Assembly (NCBI GenBank): GCA_950097015.1
Contig: CATNEN010000001.1
Location: 2,852,001-2,916,000, forward strand
Source of the DNA: Macrostomum hystrix
Lineage: Eukaryota > Animalia > Platyhelminthes
Direction: 5' to 3'
DNA length: 64,000 nucleotides
Shown piece by piece: positions 9,438 to 22,570 of this stretch; positions within the stretch are counted from its first letter, which is position 1, and each line of letters opens with the position of its first letter. The notes beneath the pieces are model-generated. The model worked only from the letters and a program-made list of their open reading frames with translations. It ran no database searches and had not been told where the DNA came from. The position numbers and the translations under genes are program-made.

Positions 9438-11098
9438 GCAGTTTCTAAAGACGGAGCCCGCGCAATCTCCCACTTTGCAACGCAACGATTTGTTAGCTCT
9501 GCCATGTCCCAGTGGGAGACAATCCTGAAGTCGTTTGGCGAGCTGCACGCGGCTTTTCGGAAAGAAAATCCGTTTTGCACAGCAGACGAGACCCTCCAAT
9601 ACGAAATGTTTGGAGACGGCTTTGCCTTCGACTTGCTATGTCTGCTCGACTTGCTCGGTCCAATTAAGTAAGTTCTGTTGACCATAGCTACTGCTTACAT
9701 TTTTGTTAAAACATAATGATAAACAACTATAAACCATTTTGGCACAGGGCCCTGATGGAGATGGCGCAGAACCTCCAGCTACATCACTGGAAGGTCCAGC
9801 TCCACTGGAGAACTGTCGCTAGTTTTCTAGAGCGGCGGGCCAAGGAGTTCCGTGTCTCTGACTACCCGAGACTGGAGCAGTGTCTCAAAAACAGTGACTC
9901 CGTACAACCAGGTGGCTCATTCCGTGGCGTACGGCTGCTACGTGGCTGGGTCATTGACAAAGACCAGCCTGCTAGAAACACCCCTGGCATTAATTCTCAT
10001 GGAAGAATTAATGGAAGAATCAAAAATCGAAAGATTTTCGATCTTTCGAAAATAGCTACCTGCATCACCATTTCCTTTGATTTTGCTTAAGACATGCGCG
10101 AGGACATGCGAAGACTTGCTGGTGCTCTGCACAGTGCACTTGTTTCCCGCATGGACAAAGCCGCTAACGCAGATGTTTTAAACTGCGTCTGCCTCGACGC
10201 CGAGCGTGCTATTCGCTGTATAGCTGCAGCGGATTCCGAGGCCGAGATCGAAGAGGTGACTCATGCACCTGCCTGTCGGCAGCTTGTGACGGCAGCGGCA
10301 AAATTTCCGCAACTTGCTGACCTCGACCCACGTGTCTGCCGAAAGTACATAGCTTTGTACATTGAGACCATCCAGCACGTGATGCTATCCGGCGAAGGTC
10401 GAGACGGCTGGCTGAACCCTGTCATTGAAGGGCCAATCGAAAGAGTTGCTCTGGCTCCACCGCACGGTCCCGCCGACATGGCTCTTCGGCTAACCTGCAC
10501 AACTGCCAATGGTCAGGTGGAGTGTACTGTTGACGAAGCTTTTATCTACCGCGCATTCTATTCAACTCCGTGCGTTTATCAGCAGGCTGGTCAGCAAACC
10601 TGTGCTCTGTTGGACTTCGCGCTTAACCATAGTGGGACTGGTAATCCACTTTACCTTGTGCATTAAGCTGTACTGTACTGGGCTATTAGTATCGATCGTA
10701 TACATTATCTAGTACAGCTCAATACGTCATATCGTACGTCTATTGATCAGTCCATCTCCAAGTATTTTTTCAACCCCAAATTCTTAGAGGCCATCGTAGA
10801 GTCATTCTACACCACCATGTGGTTGCAGCAACAGCAAGGGCCTCAGTCCAATAACACGTTGCAGCTTCGGGCCAAGCTGCAATGGATGCTGCCTCCCGTT
10901 GGCAGCAATGCTCTTGAACGTTTCTTAGATACTGCTGCGAAGCTGTATTATAAGGGGGACAGTTCGCGTGGAATTCGGCCCTATTTCCACCCATTCTTTG
11001 CCGATCTAACGAAGGCGAAAAAACATTCCACAAGCAAAGTTGTCAACAAGCGACTAGATCAATTGTCAAGCTGCTGCTTCATCGGTGTTGACAACTAA
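9438..11098 (+). pseudogene. hAT-like transposase, C-terminal part, intron-containing
   Basis: In-frame splices 9667/9748 and 10640/10788. FATQRFVSS resembles the TRW motif, and TEAIVESFYTTM resembles the hAT catalytic E / dimerisation region. In-frame TAA at 10088-10090. Confidence 0.55.
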
Positions 11099-11845
11099 AT
11101 GACTATGTAACGGATTGACTGAGACGGCTCTGTATTATAAGTTTTATAACAAATCCACTGTAAACATGCTGAACGATTATAAAGTTTATTACTATATCTA
11201 TGCTGCATGTGATGCTCATATATAGATTTGGATACATTGTTATTTTCGCAATGATCCTCGCATTATGCCTGACTTCGATTGTATCCCTATTTGAAGTATG
11301 GAGGCGCTCTGTTTTTCTGTGAAGCGTGGCATAGCGTGGTGGCTTGGCACCCTGGCTTGTACCTAGGCATAGGCTCTGCTAGAGATTGGAGACCCGTGAC
11401 ATGTTGCTGAATTTCTAGTAGCCGTTTTCCACATTTGAACACCACCCACTTGAACCAGTTCCACGCCAGACTAGGCCTTGCTTTATCGAAGCCACTTGCC
11501 CACTTGTAGTCCTTGTAGTTGTAGACCATTGCCCGATCATTGGACAAAAAGGGGCAGTCTCAGGTTAATGCAACCGGCATATGCCACTGGCCTATTCACA
11601 ACCACAAGTAGAGAGCGTCCATCTTCGCTCACGTCTGACACTCTGACACTGCATCAATTAACTGCATGTAATGTACAAGTGACTCGCCAATAAACGGATC
11701 GCTACTTCACTACTTTAACTTGCGTCACTGTGTGACCACTATTTACTGTGTTTTCATGTTTTAAATTAAAAAAATATCATATTTTCATATTAGTTGGATT
11801 GTGGCTTAATAATAATAATACTTCGTGTTTATTTCTTTGTAATTT

Positions 11846-14800
11846 CGAGCGGAGCGAAGCGGAGCGAGTCTTTAGGTTTATGATGCCCCGGTAGGTCTGA
11901 TGTGCCAAACCCCCCCCCCTTTTTCTCAGCTCGTACCCTACCGATTTTCTTGGGACTTGCGCCATTCGATTCGTCGTCGAAAATTAGTTTGGGATCACCA
12001 AAACAGACTTGCAACATTTCCATTGCTTCCTGCTCAAAATTGAGTATTTCCCTTTCTGAGCTATTTTTAGCATCAAGGTCAGAAGTCAGAGCCTTTTTAA
12101 CTTTCCTTTCCTTCCTTCCTTAAGGAAGGCAGGCTCCACGCAGCAGGGGGGCAGTTAATGTACATTGAATTCACTGGCCTAGCACAGCAGCGGGCATCAG
12201 CCAGCCAGCCACACTAAGGCTCCCGACCTCCCCTTCGCCCCTTAACCAATTGGCCTGCACTTGCCAAAGCCACACACCACTGACACTAAGGAAGGAAGGC
12301 TGGCTGCTATTCAATTGTGCAGCACACACCAACCCCAAATCCTTTCGGGCCAGTTAATGTGCATGTGAAGACAGAAAACACAAAACAACCCCACACCACA
12401 CCACACAGCACGAAGCAGCCCACATAAGGACCACCACCACTACTGCAGCGACATTGTTAGCTGATATTGTTGTACTGACTTAGTATTATAAAATAATAAA
12501 TTAGTCTATTAAAATGTAAAAATTAAATTAGAAACAAAATGAGCCCTCCGAAGTTTCCAGCTAGTTGTCCAAAATGTGGACTGTTTTGGAAGAAAGGTCG
12601 GCAGTCATGCTGTAGGAGAAGCTGCAATTTCAATTTACTCGGAGGGCTGAAGGGTCCAGAGTTTGGTGCACGAGGAAAGCAATTTGGCGTTCAAGGAAAA
12701 CAATTTGGTGAAAAAGGGCGTCGTCAGTTTGGACACGAAGGACGTGACTTCGGATTGCTCGTCGGTCGTCGGGTTGCAAGTAAGTTTGTGTTTTTATACT
12801 TTCACCACACAAGAGATTAGGGTCCGAGACCCGATGATATATTTAATTTCTCTATAACGTTCTACACATGCTCCAGGGAATTCTTCTTCTGCTTCACCTC
12901 TGCCTATTTCGCGGCCAAACACGCGTTACGTTTGCTTTGCAAACAGTGCGCTCACCAGTCTGATATCCGGCACTGTCCTGGGCCAGTTGGCATCTGACAT
13001 CGGAGAGCAAGCTACTGCCACGAATGTCGAGTTATTATTGGCGAATTGTAGCAGATCAGGACAAGAGCAGAATGTGCATCGACTCATCAATGCAGTGGCT
13101 GCGGTAGGTGCAGCGGGTCCGCAATTCGTTGTTGGTGAGTTTGGTGATTGTGCAGAATTTTTGTCGGCTTTGTTGCAGCATCTGGCTGTTGGAACTAGGA
13201 GTGATGCTGTACGCCATTTGTTTGAGCTGCCAATTTTTATCAGGTGTGATACCTGCTTATCAGTGCTATATGAAGGCCGACATTTACTGCTTTCATTGCC
13301 AGTGCCTTCGACAGCGAATAGTATGACACTGCAGGATTTAATTGTCAGATGGATGACGATTTCTGTCGCACAGCAATGTTGCCCCAATGCCCAGCCAAAT
13401 TTGGAATTTAACCAAGCACCTAAGCACATAGTAGTTGAGCTGTCGCGCATTACTGAGTCATTAGAGCCCGTGCGGTCATTAGTAAACTTAGTCGCTGAAT
13501 TTAGAATTGGAAATCGAGTCTATTATCCTACAGCAGTAGTGCATCAAACCGGAAGCCAGCAGCTTGGTACATCACACTTTTTCTGTGATGTGTACAACAA
13601 CGATTCCTGGTATCGATGTAATGATTTCTCTGTCACATCCATCAGCAAGGAAGAAGTTGGCCTCGGCGGCAGAACCTGCTGTCTTTTGATTCTCACAGCT
13701 GATCTACACTCATCTCCTTTCTCTGCTAACGTTCAGCAAGTGCGTTTTAGTAATGCCGCTACTACAAGTGTTCACGCAGATCCACCGGATGCTGCTTCAG
13801 CCTCTACGAGTGTTCCCGTGGATTCACCATATGCTGCTTCTGGTGAAGCTGGTAATGCCTCGCAAGATGCAGCTCCTTTTTGCTCACAGATTTACGACGA
13901 TGCGCAGCTTCCGTCACGGGCACAACATGCAGCCAACGACAACGAAGAGGTTGGTACCAACTCCACCCCCCAGAGGCCTTCTGTGTATGATGAATGGATG
14001 ATGCAGAAATCGCTACAACCGACATTCAATGATTTCATAGAATATCGGCAAATGGAGTTCGACGCGATGCGGTTGCATGCTGATGCTGTCGATTTTAAGA
14101 GCTACTTACCAGACTTCAACCCATTTTTGGGCTTAGGAATTAAATTTGACGCCAATATTGCCGAATACGCGACTTGGAAAAAGTGCAAAGTTTGTGAACG
14201 ACAGTGGCCCAATCTTGATGTAGACAATAATGGAAAGTGTAAACATTGCAGAGTTCCAGACACCCCACTATTTTCACCAGCCAATGGATTCAGTCTGGAA
14301 GATGTGCCCCCTGACCTGAATGATCTGACATGCGTGGAGCAAGCTTTGATCTCGCGGCTGCATATTGTGAAAACGGTATATCTACTGCGTGGATCTTCAT
14401 GTAACTTAAGCCGTGGTCATTCTATTGCATTTGAGCAGGATGTGCAAGGGTTTATTAATCGCTTGCCCTGCAGTGCAGCCAACCTGCCTTTCCTCGTGGT
14501 GCGGATGCCTGGAACCTGTGTAACCAAGGTTAAAGACTTTCGAGTAAGGCGACATCGTGTGCTACGAGCACTAAATTGGTTGCGCTTAAATAACCCAGAG
14601 TATAAATCTATCGAAATTGACGACCACTTACTTAACACCCTTCCCGAAGATGGCTGCATTTATGAAGTGCCGCACATTGATATTGGAGTTGAAAATTCAG
14701 CCGACTCCGGTCCCAAAGACAGTTCCGACGATATTCATATCGATCGGAGTGCCGCTCAGCCAGGTGGGGATTTCTCGGGTCTACGTCAAGAGAAGTTGAT

Positions 14801-17800
14801 TCTAAGAGCTTTGCAGAACATTTCCGTTCCGTACCCAGCTGTCGGATCACATGCAGTGCAAGAGAAAACCCCTGGCTACTTTACTTGTGCTTTTCCTTGC
14901 CTCTTTCCTTACGGCCGATGCGACATCACTCGCAGTGGGCGCTTGAAACAGCCACAGCTGACAACAGGCACTTATCAGAAATACTTTCAGTTTCTTGTAC
15001 AGCTCGACAGAAGATTTGCACAGCATCACCTGTTTCCGTTTGTGGCTGCAAACATGCTGCAGCGTCATCAGGCAATGCAGATCGGTGGAGTGTTCTGCGA
15101 TCGTGCTGTTGCTGGACTTTCGGCTGAGGAACTGGCTCGACGTTATCAAAATGGAGACCGAAGTATCATTAACAAGCTGTCACATTTTGCATCTGTAATA
15201 AAAGGTAGTCCATCTTACTTTCAACAGATGGCTCGGAAATCTCTTTCGTACTGTGCCTACAATAGAATTCGTGGCGATCAAATGTTCAACGTTTTCATGA
15301 CTTTGTCGGCTGCAGATCTGCAGTGGAAGGATTTACATCTTATTTTAGACAGGGAAAATAATTATGTAGATAAGAACGTGATCCGTCTCGGCGTGGGTGA
15401 CACGCTGCCTCATGGCAGTCTGGATGCTAAGTCGGATATGGCGATGCGCATGAAGAATCTGCGAAACAATTCTGATGTGGCTGACTGGTTTTTCTGCGAA
15501 AAAGTGCGACACTTCATGAAGCACGTGATTCGTCCTGCATTCGGCGTCATTGATTTTATTATTCGGTACGAGTATCAATTCAGGGGATCTGTGCATGCTC
15601 ATATCCTGCTGCAGGTCCCAAATGCTGTGACCGCTGCGGATCTCAAACTGGCATCGTTACTTTGGAAGCAGCATGCTGGCATGGTAAATTATAACGACGA
15701 TGAGTCTACGGCCATTCATGAAAGCAAATTGCGATACGAAAAATTCACGATGTTGATGGGGGTCAGAGCGGTTCATCCGGAGTGCAATGTGAAGCAGTGG
15801 CCGCCTCCATTGGGAGAAAATTTTCAGGAACCTCCAGTCAATTGCCTTCGAATGCGCTATTCAGATGTCGCTGCCAGTGCCAAGGAGCGTTCTGCACTAA
15901 AAGACGTTTTGCGTCATGACTACACTCTCTTAACAAACCGAACCCTGCTTCATGACTGCCGGAAGGGCAAGTCGTCCTGCTTTAAACATAATAGTGATAA
16001 GTGCCGTTTTCAGTTTCCTCGTGATTTGGTCGATTATTTTCTTTGGCCCTGCAATTCTGGCGTTCGTGAAGGAGAATCCAAACCAGAAACTTTTTATCGT
16101 AGAGGAGGTACGCACAGTAACATAGTTTTTGACCGGAGTGGGATGCTTGTAATTCGTAATCACCCTTTCGTTGTTTCACACGTGCCAGAATTAGCGCAAA
16201 TTTTCAGAAGCAACGTTGATGTCCAGTTGGTGCAATCTTATTCGTCGCTGCTAAAGTACCTCATGAAGTACACCCTGAAAGGCGAAGGAAGCTCAGATGC
16301 ATTTTCCGTTATTACTGCCGACGTGCTGAAAAGTTCAAGTAGTGCACTGGATAAAACACGCGCATCTGTGTACCAGAAGCTGCTGATTCAGTGGACTGGA
16401 AAGCGCGACTACTCAATGCAAGAAGCATTTCACCTAATATTTAACCAACACTTTGTTGAATTCGGACGCGAATTTCGTACGGTCAGCTTGGGTGGTAAGA
16501 AACTTCTAGCAAAGAACTCAATTGATTGGGCAGAACTTTACTGGAGCAAAGACGAAGACCCAAACTTTTTTAATCTCTTGCAAGCTTTTATCAGTGGAGA
16601 TGTTACTACGGACCCTCGGCTTGTCACATTGTATGAATTTGTGAGTAGCTACAGTTCCAAGTGGAGGCCACTAGGCAGTGGTGAACGAGGTTCGCACAAC
16701 ACTGCCTACATTCCACATGTGGTGCCTTCAATTGTCAAAGCACCCGTGAAAGGCTCGCCACAGTATAAACAATTCTGCTGGCAGCAGCTGATTCTGCACC
16801 TACCGGGTGCCAAGCCAAGCGAATTAGAAATCGATACAGCCGATGTGATGCTCGCTGAATTCGTCAAAAACAACTCGAGGTGTCCATCTTATGTTAAGGA
16901 ACAGTTCTATCAACTTCAGCTGCCGCAGAGGGGACCTAAGAAGGTTGTCGACGACATTGCAGAAAGAATTATCAATTGTCGTGACGACTCCAATGAAGCT
17001 GAACTCGTTCCCGATGATCTTCCCGTGCCAAATAATCTGATTTTCCAGGCGGACTGGACTGGTGTGCATAGGAATAATCCAAACGAAGAGCTTCAGGTTG
17101 ACTCCGACGATGAACAAGAGGAGCTGGAAAAAATGGCTCGAGCATCTGATTACGCTTGCTGCAATAGAAGGCTCTCTCTTCAGCAAATTGAAGCTGGTGT
17201 TCATTGGTTGAAGAATACAACTAAACAGTATAACCAGATTGGTGATAAAGCAAAAGTTACCGATGATGTCCACATGATTGACCCAAATTCGCTTAACGTA
17301 AAGCAGAGACAGATTTTTACATATATTACACAAAAACTCGATGAATATGTCCGTTGCAATGTTGATCTGCAGAGTGAATGGCCTAAACCTATTTATGTTG
17401 ACATTTCTTGAGCTGCTGGTTGTGGCAAGTCATTCACATTGAAGTGCATTCTTCAACATCTTACAGAAAGTTTGCGTCAGAGAAGCTCTGCTTCCTTGAA
17501 TGACAGCTCTGTGGCTCAAGTTGCTGCCTACTCAGGCTGCGCAGCAAATCTTATTGGTGGTTGCACGCTTCATAGCCTGTTGAGCTTGCCACTGAAGCCT
17601 AAAAATATCCAACCGTTATCAGCAGAGCAGCTAGTGCGTTTGCAAGCGCAGCATAAAAATTTGCGCATGCTGTTCATTGACGAGAAAAGCATGATGGGTA
17701 AATTAGCTTTTGCATGCATTGATCATCGGTTGAGAGAGCTTTTTCCAGCCAATGCAACAAGGCCTTTTGGTGGGATTTCCATCGTTCTGTTGGGTGACTG

Positions 17801-19361
17801 GTGTCAACTACCGCCTGTGAAGGACACTCCGTTGTTTGCTGAAAACCCAAAATACGCCACCAAGATGCACTCTGATGCTACTATTCTCTTCGAGCTTTTC
17901 ACAGACTGTTTTGAATTAGCTGTCAATGAGAGACAAACGGGCCAGTCAGAGTTGCAGTTTCGCGATGAATTACAGCGGCTTCGTGATGGCACGTTTACAA
18001 TTGCCGACTACAGGCATTGGCAGGAGAGACTATTCAACTCTGTTGCTGTAGATGAGCAGCTGGAATTTGCTGGAGCCACGCACATTTGCATGGTGAATTC
18101 TGTCAAGAATGTATGCAATCGAACAGCACTGATTTCAATGCAGGAGCCTATCATTGGAATTCATTCATTTAACAGCCGAGGAACTGTGCGCATCGAAGGA
18201 CTAAGTAATAAACTTTATCTGGCAGTTGGAGCCCAGGTCATGTTGACACGCAACATCTGGGTTACTGCTGGTCTGACGAATGGAAGTGAAGGCATAGTGT
18301 ACGACATCTGTTATCTTCCTGGACGCAGCCCTCCCGATCTGCCTGATGTCATTGTCGTGTGTTTTCCTGGATTCTCTGGACCTCCATTCCTGCCTGAAAT
18401 TGCTCACTCTGTCGCTCTAGTCCCAGTGACGAGCGTGGCAGACGATGACACCAACGTCAGATATAGGAAGCAGTTTCCTCTAAAGCTTTCCTTTGCAATG
18501 TCAGTACACAAGGCTCAGGGAAAAACGTTGGAGAAGGCAATTTTACACCTGGATCGCAGAGAGTTCACACCCGGTCTGTTGTACACTGCCTGCACTCGGA
18601 CTCGCAGAATACAGGATCTGCTGTTCATGTCTCTGCCGCCTTTCATAGTATTCCAGCAAATGGCCCAATCGTCTTCGTTCAGGCTTCGACGAATGGTGTT
18701 CGAGCAATTTCACCAACGTTGCAGGATTACAGCGGAACGTCTGCAACAGCTTTAAAGTGAGCATTTTTATTCCTTTTGAACGCTGTCCAGGATTTTAGCT
18801 TTTGAGGCGCTCATGGAATGTGGGGTCGGGTCGCCATGAATTCAGTTAACTCACGAATTACTACCTTGGCTTCCTCATACTTCTCTCGTATTTATTTCAA
18901 TTGGTGAAACTACTGTAGTCGTCATTCCTCGCGAACTACAGGCACTCATCAGCAGCAGCAGCAGCATCACTATGGTCAGCCGAACAAACAGCACCCGACA
19001 GTTGCACGGTGTTAAGCAGGACTCTGAACTGATTCTCAGACAGTGCTTTCGACCAGCTAATAAGGCCCGACTGACTGACTTGCAATTCGACCTGATGACC
19101 AAGGCTCTGGATAGCTGGATGTCTATGTCTATGACTATGACTAAATTACTATGAAAATGACACTGACTTTGCCTATTAACCCTGACTATGACTATGGCCA
19201 TGTATACACAACTCTAAACCTATTTGCACTATTTGCAATCTTTATGATAGGTGGCTAATGAGATTATTGAGTCCATCCCATTCCCAAATGGGGAAAGATC
19301 TGTCACTTCTGTCATAGCTGTCAGGGGAACTATCGTAATGCAGTTCCTCACGCTCCGCTCG
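11846..19361 (+). mobile_element. Helitron-like rolling-circle element, Helitron2/Helentron (HLE2) type
   Basis: Contains the Rep-helicase gene. An 11-bp inverted repeat CGAGCGGAGCG lies at 11846-11856 and 19351-19361 in T-rich flanks, with a hairpin GGGGAACT/AGTTCCTC at 19324-19349. Confidence 0.75.
12539..18755 (+). CDS. USP(C19)-Rep(HUH)-PIF1 helicase transposase, ~2040 aa; exons 12539-12779 and 12877-18755; interrupted by TGA 17409-17411
   Basis: The phase-1 intron joins in frame. USP boxes NTRYVCFANSAL, DCAEFL and HQTG..SHF..WYRCND. DUF6570-like VRRHRVLRALNWLRLNNPEY. Rep motifs FMTLS, EYQFRGSVHAHILL and YLMKYTLK. PIF1 motifs (G>*)AAGCGKS, FIDEKSM, GDWCQLPPV, QFPLKLSFAMSVHKAQGKT and YTACTR. 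Confidence 0.92.
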
Positions 19362-19988
19362 TTTTTTTATTTCAATTGGTGAAACAATTGAAATAACTTC
19401 AGTGTATGCTATTTATCAACTTAAAGTGATCTGCTTCACTGCGAATCTCGCTCCACTCCAAATCAGTGGGCCACCCAAATCATATTTTTAAGGATGTTTT
19501 TTCTTTCACTTACTTTATTTTTGTGGCTTAATCATAATAAACTTGCGATAGGCCAGTAGCACAGTTTTTGTTGGCGCACATTAAGAAAGTTGGCGTACAT
19601 TTAAAATTTGTTGGCGACGTTGGCGTACAATTGAAAATTCAATGAAAATGTGTCTGGCGTACACAGAAAACCTTCCGCAATATGGCCTGGCACCCTTTTT
19701 CGGCCGCTGGCACCCCCTCTGTGATTCTCATGGCGCTCCCCTGACAGACCGCCCCAAAACAAAATTCCTGGATCTGCCACTGACTGTATAGAGGAGTGGC
19801 TAAGAGACATGTTTCTAAAGAAGTAATCAAGAGGGGGCTGTTTGGACAAACTTTTCACTTATTTTTTACTTAAAACGCCCTTAAACAAACTCTTCATTTT
19901 TCATTAATGCAGTAAATAAATAAATGGTGACCTTCACTATAAAGTTAATACAGAGACGTGAATTGCTTACTGCTTTGCTTTAAATTTC

Positions 19989-20019
19989 TGCCCCAAAAAC
20001 AACGGGCATAAAAAGCTAG
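19989..20019 (+). other. Canonical Helitron-type 3' end (hairpin + CTAG/T)
   Basis: TGCCC..GGGCA stem followed 7 nt later by CTAG (20016-20019) and T. Confidence 0.45.
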
Positions 20020-20851
20020 TATAATAATAGAGGTAGGGGCCTCTCACATATTGAATGATTTTTATAGTCAATTAAGGCTTGAGACAGAAAAACAGCAGAT
20101 TTAGATTGAGTTTAAGAGTTCGAAAAATATTTAAACTAGCTTGTAAAAGTCTAATGTAGCTAGAAAAAGAAAATAAATGTACTATGGATACACTGCTCGA
20201 AGCAATGCTTTGACTTAGTAATAAGAATAGCTTAGCGAAAAAAGATTTAGGATAATATAAAAATACAACAGGTTTTCTATTACTATTACTTACCTAAAAC
20301 GCCAAGGAAGAAGCTAAGCTAGGCCAAACCTAGCTATACAAACACATGCCTTCTGAAGGCACCGGTTGTTGTTACTAAGTATGGGGTAAAACACTAGGTT
20401 TTTAAATCCCTGTTCGCCGCACGTCAGCCGAAGCGCTTGCGCTCTGTCCTGTGCGCAAGTGTATATAGATGGAGGTTTGGGTTGGGGGGCTGGAAAAATC
20501 GATATCACACACGCACACCCACACACCCACCCCAAAAATATTGCAGCCAGACGCACATGGTGGCTGAACTGAAACGAAGGGGGTAAAGTTCAAACCAACA
20601 AGTTAGGGGAAATAATTCAAACCGACAGTTGCCCAAGCATCTAGCACGGCATTTACAACTTGCCTTCCACACAGGCCAGAATTGGCTGACTAAGCTGTCC
20701 TAAAAATACACTAGCAAGACCAAGATAACTTTCGTTTCTTTCAAAACGATTTTTTTCTATTTCGAAAATCTTTCTTCTATCTAGAAAGTTGGAAACACTC
20801 CGAGTTCCAGTAAAAATTTACTAAGTAAAGAATAGTAATCTAAAAATGAAT

Positions 20852-21022
20852 CAGGGGTGTAGCCAGGATTTTTTGGGGATATCGGTTTTGGTTCTATCCA
20901 GCGTTTCCATAATAAAAAACAATTAATTAATTTCTTTCGAAGAAACTAAATGCGAAAAAAATTGAGACATCAAATTTTGGTGGTATCGGCCGATACACCG
21001 ATACCCCCTCTCTACGCCACTG
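20852..21022. mobile_element. Short MITE with CAG termini
   Basis: Imperfect TIR CAGGGGTGTAG / CTACGCCACTG, with GAAT duplicated on both sides. Confidence 0.65.
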
Positions 21023-21049
21023 GAATAAATACTTATCAAGCAATAAGTA

Positions 21050-21875
21050 CACTCAGCAACATTAAAAACCGCCACCCTAGAGCGAGGGAAACGATTCATC
21101 TCAACTCACTACCACAAATGACGCAATGCACTCTGCTCACCCACCCCGACTCCGTAACCAGAGAAACGAAAGAGAGTCAAACTACCTGACAGTAGCATGG
21201 AAATTCGGGTGTGTTATTAAATAACTGCTGCCTCCAGTGAATTCGCTGCATCGCCCACAGCTCTCGTGTGGCATCAGTCGGGGTCGCTTGCGCATCTTCC
21301 GGCAGCGCAGCCCAGCCGCCCAAATTCTCCGTCGAATTGTTTGGGCGCTCAAGATGTTCCCGCGCCTGCTTCTTTCACCCCAGATGAGTCGAAGCAATGT
21401 GGCAGGCAAGGTGGGGTTTCCAACTTTCCACTCACAATTCGCAGCAGTCGCCGATCAGCCATTGCTGTGCTGCGCAGATGACGGCGCTGGACTCCACGAC
21501 TTGCGTGCGCGACACTGCCAGTGTCTCTGGACTTCTGCAGAAGGCTGCGAATCGTCGAACGTGATCTGCCGAATTGACGGGCTACTGCTCGGATGGACAT
21601 TCCGGCCTCAAGCATGCCTATGGCTCGCCATCGTTCACCATCGGTCATGTGGCGGACCATTTTGGAGATAACGAGTAATACTGGTGACTCGTTAGCTGCA
21701 TTTTGACTGAGTGTGCTAAATCGTCCGTTTTGAACTTCGCGATAACCCTTTACCCACCCCACTCTCCCACGGTAGCTCTCCTTGCAGTTAGGTGCACATT
21801 ACGTAATTTGCGGCAGTGAGTTGAGATCAACCGTTCCCCTCGCTCTAGGGTGGCGGTTTTTAATGTCGCTGAGTA
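21050..21875 (-). mobile_element. Internally deleted Tc1/mariner transposon
   Basis: ~80-bp TIRs and TA flanks. Frameshifted HTH transposase N-terminus (ERWRAIGMLEAGMSIRAVARQFG; SAQTIRRRIWAAGL..RKRPRL). No DDE domain. Confidence 0.92.
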
Positions 21876-22189
21876 TAAATAATATGGCATTCATTACTCC
21901 GAAATCCTAGTATGCCATTCAGAAATCTAAAACCCCAATCTGCTATCCATTAATTCAAAATCCCAATCTGCTATCCATTAAGACGAAATCCCTAGCTGCC
22001 ATCCATTGTGGTTTAGTGCTGACAGTTCCCTGCAATTAATACCCTATATTCCCATTATCTAACCCTCTTCCCAATCCTCTACCCTCTTAATTCCCGGTCC
22101 TCACAACCTTTTCCCAATCCTGTCACCCTCTTCCCTGCTTCAATAAAGCATCTTTGAGACTTCAGACTATTTATAAGCATGTCAGACTG

Positions 22190-22570
22190 TTAGGTCAGTG
22201 GAATCGAATCTAGGTCAGTGGAATCGAAGCTAGGTAAGTGGAATCGAAGTTAGGTTAGTGGAGTCAAAGCTAGGTTATAGTGCAAACGAAGTTATTTTAA
22301 GGGAATCCAAGCTAGATCAGTGAAATCGAAGCTAGATCAGTGGTATCGAAGCTAGGTAAGTGGAATCGAAGCTAGGTTAAGTGGAATCGAAGTTGGGTTA
22401 GTGGAATCAAATCTAGGTTATAGTGCAAACGAAGCTAGGCTAGTGGGATCGAAGCTAGATTAGTCGAATCCAAGCTAGATCAGTGGAATCGAAGCTAGTT
22501 CAGTGGAATCGAAGCTAGGTCAGTGGTATCGAAGCTAGGTTAAGTGGAGTCGAAGTTAGCCTGGTCAGTA
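22190..22570. repeat. ~19-bp minisatellite (GTGGAATCGAAGCTAGGTCA-like)
   Basis: Direct tandem units. Possibly internal to a non-autonomous element at ~22179-23228 with weak TIRs. Confidence 0.9.

Noticed and set aside
17409-17411. Selenocysteine codon
   Set aside because: The position corresponds to a conserved Gly of Walker A, not Cys, and no SECIS was identified.
19690-19782. CAGTGGCAGATCC-type MITE end
   Set aside because: Only one terminus was found, with no partner TIR or TSD.
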